A program made the translations under genes and the position numbers. From positions 15,689 through 79,688 of the forward strand of contig JAKASP010000002.1 in assembly GCA_021818995.1 (NCBI GenBank): a stretch of 64,000 bases of DNA, given 5' to 3'. The stretch comes from Candidatus Micrarchaeota archaeon. Its GTDB lineage: Archaea > Micrarchaeota > Micrarchaeia > Micrarchaeales > CABMGC01. Each line of letters starts with the position of its first letter. Position 1 is the first letter of the stretch. The notes under the pieces are model-generated. The model was not told where the DNA came from. It saw nothing but the letters and a program-made list of their open reading frames with translations, and ran no database searches. Below, piece after piece: positions 8,417-16,560 of this stretch.

Positions 8417-9862
8417 TTATTTAAAGTGAGCATCGCTCTGGTACCAGACTGTGCCGTATTCCGTGTCCTCTATCTTTATCCCGTGCTTAGACTCTATCTC
8501 CGTCCTTATCCGGTCGGCCTCTGAGAAGTTCTTCGCCTTCCTCAGCTCGTCGCGCTGCTTTATCATGCGGTCCGCATCTTCGGGCAGTGCCTGTTTGTAT
8601 ACGCTCTCGTTAACTATGCCCAGGAGCTTCCCCAAAGCAGAAATCTTTCCTATGGCTTGCTCTTTCGACCTCTGATCTGTGCTCCCGTGCGCTTCTGCGA
8701 ACTGCCTGACCTTCCTCATGGCCGCGATAATCTTCATCAGGGCGAGCGGCGTGTTGAAGTCGTCGTTCATAGCATCGGCGAACTCCCTCTCCAGCTGCTC
8801 CGCAGCGCTGACCAGCTCTTGCCCGCCGTTTCCGCCGTTCGCGGGAAGGTTGTAGAGTATGCCAATCGACTGGTTTATGTAGTACATGAGCTTGTTCGCG
8901 TCGCGCATAAGCTCATCTGTGTAGTTTATCTCCTTCCTGTAGTGGGTCATGCAGACGAACAGCCTCAATGTCTCAGCAGGGTACTTCGCGAGCGCCTCGC
9001 GTATCGTTATGAAGTTCTTCAGGCTCTTGCTCATCTTCTGGCCCTTGATGTTGAGCACGCCCGAGTGCAGCCAGTACTTCACGAAAGGCTTGACATCGAA
9101 AGCGGCCTCTGCCTGAGCTATCTCGTTCGTGTGGTGCGGGAAGATGAGCTCGCTCGCGCCACCGTGTATGTCGTACTGCGGGCCGAAGAACGAGTATGTT
9201 ATTGCTGTATCTTCTATGTGCCAGCCGGGCCTTCCGACAAGCTTGATTGAGCTTCCTCCGGACTTGACGTCCACCTCCCACGAGGGTTCTCCTGGCTTGC
9301 TCGCCTTCCAGAGCGCGAAGTCGTAGACGTTCCTCTTGCCCTCCTTCGGCTCTATCCTGTGCTTCTCGAGCTCGTCCATCTTCATGCCGGACAGCCTGGT
9401 GTAGTCCTTGAACTTCGCCACATCGTAGTAGACATCGCCGTCGAGCGCGTAGGCGAAGCCCTTGTTCATTAGAAGCTGTATCTGGTCCCTTATAGCGTTT
9501 ATGTAATCATGAGACCTGGGATAGGCGCTGACGTCCTGCTTTACGCCTAGTGCTTCCATGTCCTCCATGAACCTCTGCTCGTAGTTGCGGGCGAGCTCTA
9601 TCGGATCAATCTTCTTCTCTTTCGCCCTTACGATTATCTTGTCGTCTATGTCTGTTATGTTCTGTATGTAAGTGACATCGTAGCCTGTGTGCCTCAGCCA
9701 CCTGACAATGATATCGAATGAGATGTAGGTGCGGGCGTGGCCGAGATGGGCGTCGTCGTACACGGTCTGGCCGCACACGAACATGTTCGCCTTCTTCCCG
9801 TGCATGGGCACGAACTCCTCCTTGCCCCTGGAAAGGGTGTTGTATACCTGCAAGCTTCGCAC
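8417..9862 (-). CDS. cysS: Cysteinyl-tRNA synthetase
   Basis: HLGHARTY and KMSKS motifs. GTG at 9862 gives MRSLQVYNTL, the canonical CysRS N-terminus. The longer track ORF (to 10030) overlaps the divergent transporter gene. Confidence 0.9.
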   Translation of the reverse strand: MRSLQVYNTLSRGKEEFVPMHGKKANMFVCGQTVYDDAHLGHARTYISFDIIVRWLRHTGYDVTYIQNITDIDDKIIVRAKEKKIDPIELARNYEQRFMEDMEALGVKQDVSAYPRSHDYINAIRDQIQLLMNKGFAYALDGDVYYDVAKFKDYTRLSGMKMDELEKHRIEPKEGKRNVYDFALWKASKPGEPSWEVDVKSGGSSIKLVGRPGWHIEDTAITYSFFGPQYDIHGGASELIFPHHTNEIAQAEAAFDVKPFVKYWLHSGVLNIKGQKMSKSLKNFITIREALAKYPAETLRLFVCMTHYRKEINYTDELMRDANKLMYYINQSIGILYNLPANGGNGGQELVSAAEQLEREFADAMNDDFNTPLALMKIIAAMRKVRQFAEAHGSTDQRSKEQAIGKISALGKLLGIVNESVYKQALPEDADRMIKQRDELRKAKNFSEADRIRTEIESKHGIKIEDTEYGTVWYQSDAHFK

Positions 9863-9914
9863 CGCTCTTAGTTCGATGGTTAGAATAATAAGACTGCCGT
9901 GGCAATTTGATTTT

Positions 9915-11081
9915 ATGAATGCGAGACGCGACAACGTCGCCTTCATGCTCGGCGTGCTGCTGGCGTGGATAGCGCAGGGATCCATCTGGTACACAATGCC
10001 CCTTCTGTTTTCCAAGGTGCTCTCGGACAACTACTTCGTGGTCGGTCTGCTTATAGCCATGATTCCGCTTGTGGAAGTGGTTGTAGCGATACCTTTCGGA
10101 TATTACGCCGACCTTGGCAAGATCAAGTACATCGCCTTCGACTCTATGCTCGCCCTTCTCGCGGTGCCGCTCCTCTTTGCGCTGAAGGTCAGTTCTCTTA
10201 ACGCAGCTGGAGTATTCCTGATCGGAGCAGGGGGCATAGGCATCTGGATCGCGGCTACAGCCCACGTCTCCCACTACTTCGGAAGGAAGCCGAAGTACAT
10301 AGGCTATGAGCTGGCTGTGATGGGAGTGGGGTGGGTCACCGGCCCGATACTCGGAGGTTTCCTGCTCGAGAACTTCGGTGGCGTGATGCTCGCGGCCGCG
10401 GAGACGCTTATCCTGGCGATAGCCTCGTTCATATTCCTTAAGACTATGCGGTACAAGATAGATGTCACGTACAAGACAGCGCCAAAGCTTGGCAGGCTCT
10501 TCGGCATGGAGCACAGGGCCATGAGGAGACTGCGCCTGCTTGCCTTCCCCTTCCTTCTCCTCTCATTTCTCTTCGCCTTCTTCTCATACACGGTTTGGGT
10601 AGCCGGACCGCTCCTGGCACGAATAGGCGACATAAGCATATTCTTGGGCGGTGCGGTAATAGGCGCGCTCGAGGCTCCGTACGTCTTCGGCGACGCGCTC
10701 GCAGCCAAGTTTTACGTGCGAGGAGGCGTGAAGCGGATAGTGTCAGTATCTGTCCTCCTCTCATTCGTGTTTATGCTGCTGTCGGCTTTGCTTGTTGGCG
10801 AGAGCTTCTTCGCGCTGATAATACTCTTCGGCACTGCGCTGCTACTGGGCATAGCTGATGTGGCCCTGTTCAGCGCCCTTATCGATTCTGACAGGCGCGA
10901 CACAGGAGAGATAGCGGCTTTTGCTACTGTGTCGGGAGGAATAGGCGGCGCGCTGGCCGTTGTGATAGTCGGGGCAACAATAGCAACGTATCAGCTCTAT
11001 GTCATCACCGCGGCCTTCGGCATCCTCGTGGCCATCTTCCTGCTCTACCTCCACCTCAGATTCAAGGACATCGCGTTCTGA
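9915..11081 (+). CDS. MFS transporter
   Basis: About 12 TM segments and a GYYADLGKIKY loop motif. ATG at 9915; the upstream part of the track ORF is antisense to cysS. Confidence 0.8.
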   Translation: MNARRDNVAFMLGVLLAWIAQGSIWYTMPLLFSKVLSDNYFVVGLLIAMIPLVEVVVAIPFGYYADLGKIKYIAFDSMLALLAVPLLFALKVSSLNAAGVFLIGAGGIGIWIAATAHVSHYFGRKPKYIGYELAVMGVGWVTGPILGGFLLENFGGVMLAAAETLILAIASFIFLKTMRYKIDVTYKTAPKLGRLFGMEHRAMRRLRLLAFPFLLLSFLFAFFSYTVWVAGPLLARIGDISIFLGGAVIGALEAPYVFGDALAAKFYVRGGVKRIVSVSVLLSFVFMLLSALLVGESFFALIILFGTALLLGIADVALFSALIDSDRRDTGEIAAFATVSGGIGGALAVVIVGATIATYQLYVITAAFGILVAIFLLYLHLRFKDIAF

Positions 11082-11124
11082 TTCACGCATATGATTTTAA
11101 TCTTGCATGGCGTAGCTAATGCGT

Positions 11125-11197
11125 GCGAGCGTAGTCTAGCCTGGTAGGACGTAGCCTTGCCAAGGCTATAACCCGGGTTCAAATCCCGGCGCTCGCA
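11125..11197 (+). tRNA. tRNA-Gly(GCC)
   Basis: Acceptor GCGAGCG/CGCTCGC, anticodon loop TTGCCAA, T-arm CCGGG-TTCAAAT-CCCGG. 73 nt. TATA-like GATTTTAATC lies about 28 nt upstream. Confidence 0.9.
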
Positions 11198-11218
11198 CAC
11201 GGAACAAGGTGAAAATGC

Positions 11219-11740
11219 ATGAAACTGTTTGAGGAGTTCGACCACGCGATCTACAGGCGCGCGAGGCACAGGAAGAACAGGAAGCACATACTCATACCAA
11301 CGATACTCACAACCTTCGCGCTCCTCATACTAATCGCGGCTCTGGAGGGAGTCAACCTCGACCTGAGAAACAACGTTGGCTACTCAGCCATAATCTTCAC
11401 CTCGTTCGCAAGCAGCGCCTTCATCCTTTTCATAACTCCCTACGCGAGATCGTCGAGCGTAAGGAGGTTCGTGGTCAGCTATGCGATAGGAGCGGTGTTC
11501 GGTGAGCTCGGCTACCTGCTTAGCGGCACGATCGGGTTCTACGCTTCTGCCGCTTTCGTTGTCTTCTTCGTGGCGCTCATCCTCTTCGAGACGGACAACG
11601 CGCACCCTCCCGCGATAGGGCTCGCCTTCGCGTTCGTGATCTTCCAGGTAGATTACGCAGGCCTCTTCGTGGTGGTGGCCGGCGTAGTGGTGCTAGCGCT
11701 GATAAAAGTCGCGATAGAGAAGCTGCAAATCAACCCTTAA
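11219..11740 (+). CDS. HPP-family integral membrane protein
   Basis: 173 aa, 4-5 TM segments, with the NAHPPA motif characteristic of the HPP family. Confidence 0.75.
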   Translation: MKLFEEFDHAIYRRARHRKNRKHILIPTILTTFALLILIAALEGVNLDLRNNVGYSAIIFTSFASSAFILFITPYARSSSVRRFVVSYAIGAVFGELGYLLSGTIGFYASAAFVVFFVALILFETDNAHPPAIGLAFAFVIFQVDYAGLFVVVAGVVVLALIKVAIEKLQINP

Positions 11741-11766
11741 ATACCTAAAAGGCGAACTCTCCCTGT

Positions 11767-11840
11767 GCGAGCGTAGTCTAGCCTGGTTAGGACTTTGCCC
11801 CTCCAAGGCAAAGAGCCGGGTTCAAATCCCGGCGCTCGCA
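11767..11840 (+). tRNA. tRNA-Gly(UCC) with C at position 33
   Basis: Same acceptor, D-stem and T-arm as the GCC isoacceptor. Anticodon stem TTGCC/GGCAA, loop CCTCCAA (11800-11806). 74 nt. Confidence 0.85.
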
Positions 11841-11861
11841 TTTACGCTCTGCGGCTAGGAG

Positions 11862-12749
11862 CTACGACAAGTATTTACGGTTCTCTTTCAGGTAATTTCT
11901 GAAAAACCATTGGACAAATACGTCCTCGTTTCCTTTTACGTTTGATCTTTCTAGTGCGGTGTAGTAGCTTCTCCTGCCTGTGTATTTTATGTTAAGCATG
12001 GGATAGCCTTTCTTATGAAGTATGAAATTCATTATCAGCCTGCCAATTCTTCCATTTCCATCTCCGAAGGGATGCATGGTCTCAAACTTCACATGGGAAC
12101 GGCTGGCAAGTTCAACTGGGTTCATTCTTTCTTTCTCAGCAGAATACCATCTAAAGAACTCAGTGATGTTGGTATGCAACTCAGCGGGCGTGGGTGGAAT
12201 GTGCCTGCTGTTGGATATGTACACTTGGTAGGTGCGAATCTGGCCGGCTATTCCGGGTTTTGTTCTTTCGAACAATCCCCTATGCCACTCAAGAACTACT
12301 TTCAAGGAGAGTTCTCCCTTAAATGAGATCATTCTATAGAAGACTTCTCTGTGCGCTTCGGCTTCCTTTATATCCTTTACGGGCTTGTTCTTTGGGCTTA
12401 TGCCTAGTTCTAGGAGTTCGGATGTGTCTTTGAAGGATAATTTCGAACCCTCAATCCTGTTTGTGTCGTATGTGAAGATTACAGCAAAGGCGTCAAGCTC
12501 TTTTTCTTTTATTTCTTTGGGCAAAGTCTTTTGCTCTTTAGAATATACTTTTTTTATTTTTTCAAATTCATTGAACCATTTTTCTTTATAGATATCAAGT
12601 AGGAAGTTCTTCTTGATTAGATCCGTGTTCGGTGGAAGCCTTCTCCCGATGTAAGTTTCCTTATACCTGATCTTTCCTTTCTCTCTGTAAGTATGACCAA
12701 GATAGTAGTAAGTCTTGCCAGAGATGACCCTCTTCTTTAGTGTGACCAT
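11862..12749 (-). CDS. Fic/DOC family protein (class II, cis inhibitory helix)
   Basis: HPFGDGNGRIGR catalytic motif and an N-terminal TNRIEG match to the (S/T)xxxE(G/N) inhibitory motif. Codon usage is AT-rich and atypical for the window. Confidence 0.9.
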   Translation of the reverse strand: MVTLKKRVISGKTYYYLGHTYREKGKIRYKETYIGRRLPPNTDLIKKNFLLDIYKEKWFNEFEKIKKVYSKEQKTLPKEIKEKELDAFAVIFTYDTNRIEGSKLSFKDTSELLELGISPKNKPVKDIKEAEAHREVFYRMISFKGELSLKVVLEWHRGLFERTKPGIAGQIRTYQVYISNSRHIPPTPAELHTNITEFFRWYSAEKERMNPVELASRSHVKFETMHPFGDGNGRIGRLIMNFILHKKGYPMLNIKYTGRRSYYTALERSNVKGNEDVFVQWFFRNYLKENRKYLS

Positions 12750-12757
12750 GCATTATC

Positions 12758-12811
12758 TTTACACTCACAAATATATAAATGTATCATTTTTAGATAAAAT
12801 GTGAGTGTAAA
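12758..12811. repeat. Perfect 12-bp inverted repeat flanking the Fic TATA box
   Basis: TTTACACTCACA (12758-12769) and TGTGAGTGTAAA (12800-12811) bracket AAATATATAAATG, which sits about 26 nt upstream of the Fic ATG. Confidence 0.8.
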
Positions 12812-12997
12812 TACGTCGAAAGGCATGACAATTTGACTACACGTTTTGAGATTTGTGGTCACCATGTCTTATTCTGTCCTGGCAGTTACGCTTACAAGTT
12901 AATCAAATTAGCAGAATTATATAAAATGTGAGGGTAAAAATGGATTTGCACTGCTTACATACGTAATTTCAAGCACAAAGTACGGTGTCCGCGTCTC

Positions 12998-14251
12998 TTA
13001 CTTCTTTGGCTTCAGGACCACGAGCCCGTACCTGTCCACGTCGATGTACTTGCCGCTGTACTTCCTGATGTCATCAAGGCTGACCTTGTCAATGAGCTCA
13101 GGCATCCTCTCCGTGAGCGTGGAGTCGCCGTAGAGCAGATACGCTTCTGATATCGAGAGCGCCATGCCGAGCGTGTCCTCCCTGCTCGTGAGCAGGCTTA
13201 TGCTGAGCCCGTGCGCCCGCTTCCTTACCTCGTCTTTTGTGACCTCTCCGTTCTGTAGCTTTTCGAACTCCTTGAGCATCACATCCTTTGTTTCGTCCAT
13301 CTTCGCAGGTTCTATTCCAGCTGCCGCGGCCACGAACCCGAAGGTGTTGTACACCGAATACGAGCTGCGCGGATCGTATGAGAGCCCACGCTTCTCCCTT
13401 ATCTCGTCAAAAAGCCTCTTGCTCAGTATCTCTGATATGACCGAAACTGCAAGATACTCTTCGAGCCCGGCGTCGCCGAAGCCCCTTGTTTTGAAACCGA
13501 TACCTAGCCTCGTCTGCTTTATGCCCTTCTTCGTTACAGTTATCTCCTTATGCTCTTGCTTCTCCCTGGTCCTGTCCCTCGCCTGCGGCGTGTACTTCTT
13601 CTCAAAATCGCCGAAGTACCTCTTTACGGCACCGAGCGCTTTGTCAACGCCCACGGCTCCATAGATCGACACCAGCATGTTTCTGGGAGAGTAGTGCCCA
13701 TTGTATATCCTTAGTATGTCGGACATCCTTGTCCTCCTTATCGCAGCCTCGTCTCCGCCAATGGGCATGCGGGCCGGGTGTTTCTTGTATAGGGCCTTGG
13801 GCAGGAAATCGTAGAACATGTATATCGGCGAGTCGTTGTAGATCAGGTTCTCGTTGATTATCGGCCCGCGCTCGAGCTCAAACTCCTTCTCCGGAAAGGT
13901 TGAGTTGATTATCTGGTCGGATAGGAGATCTAGTGCCTTGTCGAAATAGCCCTTGTACGTTCCAAGGAAGTAGGTGGTTGTCTCCTTGTCTGTGAACGCG
14001 TTCCTCACCATCCCGAGGTTCCTTGGTATCTCGTTTATCTCCTTCCACGTCCTCTTCTTGGTACCCTTGAAGAGCATGTGCTCAAGATAGTGTGCTGCGC
14101 CGTTGATTCTGGGGTTCTCGTCCACGGAGCCGTACTTGACCCCGACTGAGACGCCCACGGTCTGGAACTGTGGGGCCGAATATATCGCAACCTTCAGCCC
14201 GTTGTCGAGCGTGAAATTCCTTGTATGCATGCCACCTAGGCTATTTGGCAT
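12998..14251 (-). CDS. M16 (insulinase/pitrilysin) family zinc peptidase
   Basis: Inverted zinc motif HYLEHMLFKG (HxxEH). 417 aa. Confidence 0.9.
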   Translation of the reverse strand: MPNSLGGMHTRNFTLDNGLKVAIYSAPQFQTVGVSVGVKYGSVDENPRINGAAHYLEHMLFKGTKKRTWKEINEIPRNLGMVRNAFTDKETTTYFLGTYKGYFDKALDLLSDQIINSTFPEKEFELERGPIINENLIYNDSPIYMFYDFLPKALYKKHPARMPIGGDEAAIRRTRMSDILRIYNGHYSPRNMLVSIYGAVGVDKALGAVKRYFGDFEKKYTPQARDRTREKQEHKEITVTKKGIKQTRLGIGFKTRGFGDAGLEEYLAVSVISEILSKRLFDEIREKRGLSYDPRSSYSVYNTFGFVAAAAGIEPAKMDETKDVMLKEFEKLQNGEVTKDEVRKRAHGLSISLLTSREDTLGMALSISEAYLLYGDSTLTERMPELIDKVSLDDIRKYSGKYIDVDRYGLVVLKPKK

Positions 14252-14285
14252 TCAACTTTTAAATATCAATAGCGTATTTTCCCAG

Positions 14286-14573
14286 ATGAAAGTAACGCTT
14301 GTCGTGCACGGGATAGTGCAGGGAGTGGGCTACAGGAATTTTGTGCGCGGGGTTGCCAACAAGCACGGTATACTGGGCTTCGTCAGGAACGTGAGCGACG
14401 GCAGCGTCGAGATAGTCGCTGTAGGAGACGCGGAGTCGCTCGCGGCGTTCGAGAATGAGATAAAGGTGAGCGACCGCTACGGGGCGCAGGTCATGCACGT
14501 CGAACGCGAGGAACAGAGCTCAGACGCATATGAATACAGCGACTTCCTGATAGGGCGCGACAGGAAGCTGTAG
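14286..14573 (+). CDS. acyP: Acylphosphatase
   Basis: MKVTLVVHGIVQGVGYRNF and GFVRNVSDGSVEI. 95 aa from the ATG at 14286; the upstream part of the track ORF is antisense to the peptidase gene. Confidence 0.9.
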   Translation: MKVTLVVHGIVQGVGYRNFVRGVANKHGILGFVRNVSDGSVEIVAVGDAESLAAFENEIKVSDRYGAQVMHVEREEQSSDAYEYSDFLIGRDRKL

Positions 14574-15884
14574 CTATATGTCGTAGTGCTCCTTCAGCAC
14601 AGGCAGCGTGACCTTGTACTTGTTCTTCAGCTCGTCTGCGAACTCCTTCTGCTTCGTCTCGTCCCCGTGGACTATGAAGATGTTCTTCAGGCCCTGGATG
14701 CGGCCTATAAGCTTAAGCAGCTGCGGCCTGTCTGCGTGGCCCGACAGGTGGTACACCTCGACCTTGAGGCCTATCTTGACCTTCTTTCCGTCGAACGTGA
14801 CCTCCTTCGCGCCGTTGAGCAGCTCCCTGCCCGGCGTTCCCTCTGCCTGGTAGCCTACCATGACCAGCTTGTTCAGGTAGCTGTCTCCCAGCTTTTCCAG
14901 ATACCTTATGACCGGCCCGCCCTTGAGCATGCCGCTGGTCGTGACTATTATCGCGGCTCCCTGGCTCTTGATCACCTTTGCCCTGTCGTCCCTGCCGTCC
15001 ACAACGTGGAAGTTGGGGCTCTTGAACGGGTCGTCCTCGCTCATGAGTATTCGCTTCTGCAGCTCCTGCTTGCAGTAGATCACATTATGCCTGTAGATGC
15101 GCATCGCCTTGTTGATCATCCCGTCGACGTAGATAGGCACCTTTGGCAGCGAGCCGGATCGCATGTGGTCGTCCAGTATGAAGAGCACCTCCTGCGCCCT
15201 TCCGACTGCGAAGCTCGGCACTATCACCTTGCCTCCCTTGTTCAGCGTCTCCTTGATGCTCTCTATGAAGCCGCCGAGCACCATCTTCTCTGCTGGGAAG
15301 ACGTCCCCCTTGCCTCCGTAGGTGCTCTCTGTAATCAGCGTCTTGGCCTTAAGGTACTCGGTATATGCTGGATCGAGCAGCTTTGTGCCCTTGAGGTTGA
15401 TGTCTCCGGTGTAGATCAGGCGGTCGTCGCCCTCCCTAACCTCGACCATCGCGCTGCCGAGTATGTGTCCGGCAGGCACGAGCTTTATCGCAAGGTCCTT
15501 GACCCTGAACTCCTCGTGGTACTCGACCATCTTGTAGTGCTTCGGCATCTTCGCTATGGCGTCTTTCTTGATGCCCTTCGGCTTGGAGATCTGCAGGTAG
15601 TCGCTCGCTATCACGTTCACAAGCTCCAGCGTAGGTTTGAGCGAGTAGATTGGTCCGTTGTACCCGTTCGACAGTATGTGCGGCAAGTATCCGCAGTGGT
15701 CGAGATGGGCGTGCGACACCACAACTGCGTCTATGTGCTTCAGCATCGAGTCCTCTATGACCGGATGTTCTTCCACTTCGCCGAGTTTTATGCCCGCGTC
15801 TATCAGTATCTTTGTGTTCTTTCCTTCTATCATTATGCAGCTTCTTCCGACTTCTCGGGCTGCTCCGTAGAATGTTATTCTCAA
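14574..15884 (-). CDS. Beta-CASP metallo-beta-lactamase RNase (aCPSF2-like, no KH domains)
   Basis: HAHLDHCG motif and the typical N-terminus (M)RITFYGAAREVGRSC. Start is TTG at 15884. Confidence 0.9.
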   Translation of the reverse strand: MRITFYGAAREVGRSCIMIEGKNTKILIDAGIKLGEVEEHPVIEDSMLKHIDAVVVSHAHLDHCGYLPHILSNGYNGPIYSLKPTLELVNVIASDYLQISKPKGIKKDAIAKMPKHYKMVEYHEEFRVKDLAIKLVPAGHILGSAMVEVREGDDRLIYTGDINLKGTKLLDPAYTEYLKAKTLITESTYGGKGDVFPAEKMVLGGFIESIKETLNKGGKVIVPSFAVGRAQEVLFILDDHMRSGSLPKVPIYVDGMINKAMRIYRHNVIYCKQELQKRILMSEDDPFKSPNFHVVDGRDDRAKVIKSQGAAIIVTTSGMLKGGPVIRYLEKLGDSYLNKLVMVGYQAEGTPGRELLNGAKEVTFDGKKVKIGLKVEVYHLSGHADRPQLLKLIGRIQGLKNIFIVHGDETKQKEFADELKNKYKVTLPVLKEHYDI

Positions 15885-15934
15885 TAAATCATCTTTTTTT
15901 CCTTTTGTTTTTTTGTTTTTTTATTTTGTTTTGT

Positions 15935-16429
15935 CTATTCTTCTTTCTTCTTTATCGTAGCGATGTCCTCGAGGCTTACCTCGAAAGGTTCCTCGTGCTT
16001 GGGCGTGCGCTTCGCTCTGTGCTCCTCCGGCGTCTTCTTCTTCCAGCCGGTCAGGCTCCTCAGGTCTGCGTAAAGCCCATCGAGCTTCTTATCGACCTCG
16101 AGCACCTGGTTCTTGTACGACTCCAGTGCCTTCCCTATCTCGTCTATATCCTTCGCAACGAGCTCAACCTTTCGCTTGAACCTGTAGGCGTTGAGCGCCT
16201 CGTCAAGTTCCTTGTTGATGTCGTTAAGCTTCTTTATCAACTCCCTCTCTGCGGTCAGTGTACTCGCCTCTGTGGCTATCTTGAACTCTATTGTGCTCTT
16301 CATGCGCTTGAGCCTGCCGAGGTTCTTCGATGCCGTGTTTATGACAGAGAGCTTCGAGAGGGCTACCTGCTCCTCCAGCTTGTAGTTGAGCTTGCCGCGC
16401 AGCCTGCGCATCTGGTCTATCAGCTGCAT
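15935..16429 (-). CDS. Archaeal coiled-coil protein (COG1340-like); may extend to 16564
   Basis: Heptad-rich and charged, with a C-terminal KKKEE. 45 further in-frame codons upstream are open and continue the coiled coil (see findings). Confidence 0.7.
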   Translation of the reverse strand: MQLIDQMRRLRGKLNYKLEEQVALSKLSVINTASKNLGRLKRMKSTIEFKIATEASTLTAERELIKKLNDINKELDEALNAYRFKRKVELVAKDIDEIGKALESYKNQVLEVDKKLDGLYADLRSLTGWKKKTPEEHRAKRTPKHEEPFEVSLEDIATIKKKEE

Positions 16430-16560
16430 GCGCTTCTTCTTCTCCTCCTCTATCTGGGCGTTGAGCTTGAGCGTTGCCTCGTTCTGCGGCTTCGTCGGCT
16501 CTGCGCGCGCGCTCGCCTCCTGTTTAGCTTCCGCAGTTTTGCCGCCCTTGTCTGTTTCGC

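Larger units (their letters stand above)
11841..12997. mobile_element. AT-rich tRNA-Gly-adjacent island (Fic gene plus 248-nt repeat-bearing spacer); possible horizontally acquired remnant
   Basis: There is an abrupt visible drop in GC directly after the tRNA 3' end, returning to GC-rich at the M16 peptidase gene. No integrase and no second att copy were found. Confidence 0.4.

Noticed and set aside
9606-10514. 302-aa minus-strand ORF, plus the N-terminal extensions of cysS (9863-10030) and of the MFS gene (9729-9914).
   Set aside because: These are shadow frames across the divergent cysS/MFS junction. The canonical CysRS N-terminus starts at GTG 9862 and the transporter at ATG 9915.
14586-15887. 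433-aa plus-strand ORF covering the whole beta-CASP RNase gene.
   Set aside because: It is the mirror image of a confidently identified minus-strand gene. Its Leu/Arg/His/Val-rich composition is typical of antisense frames in GC3-rich DNA, and no motif was recognised.
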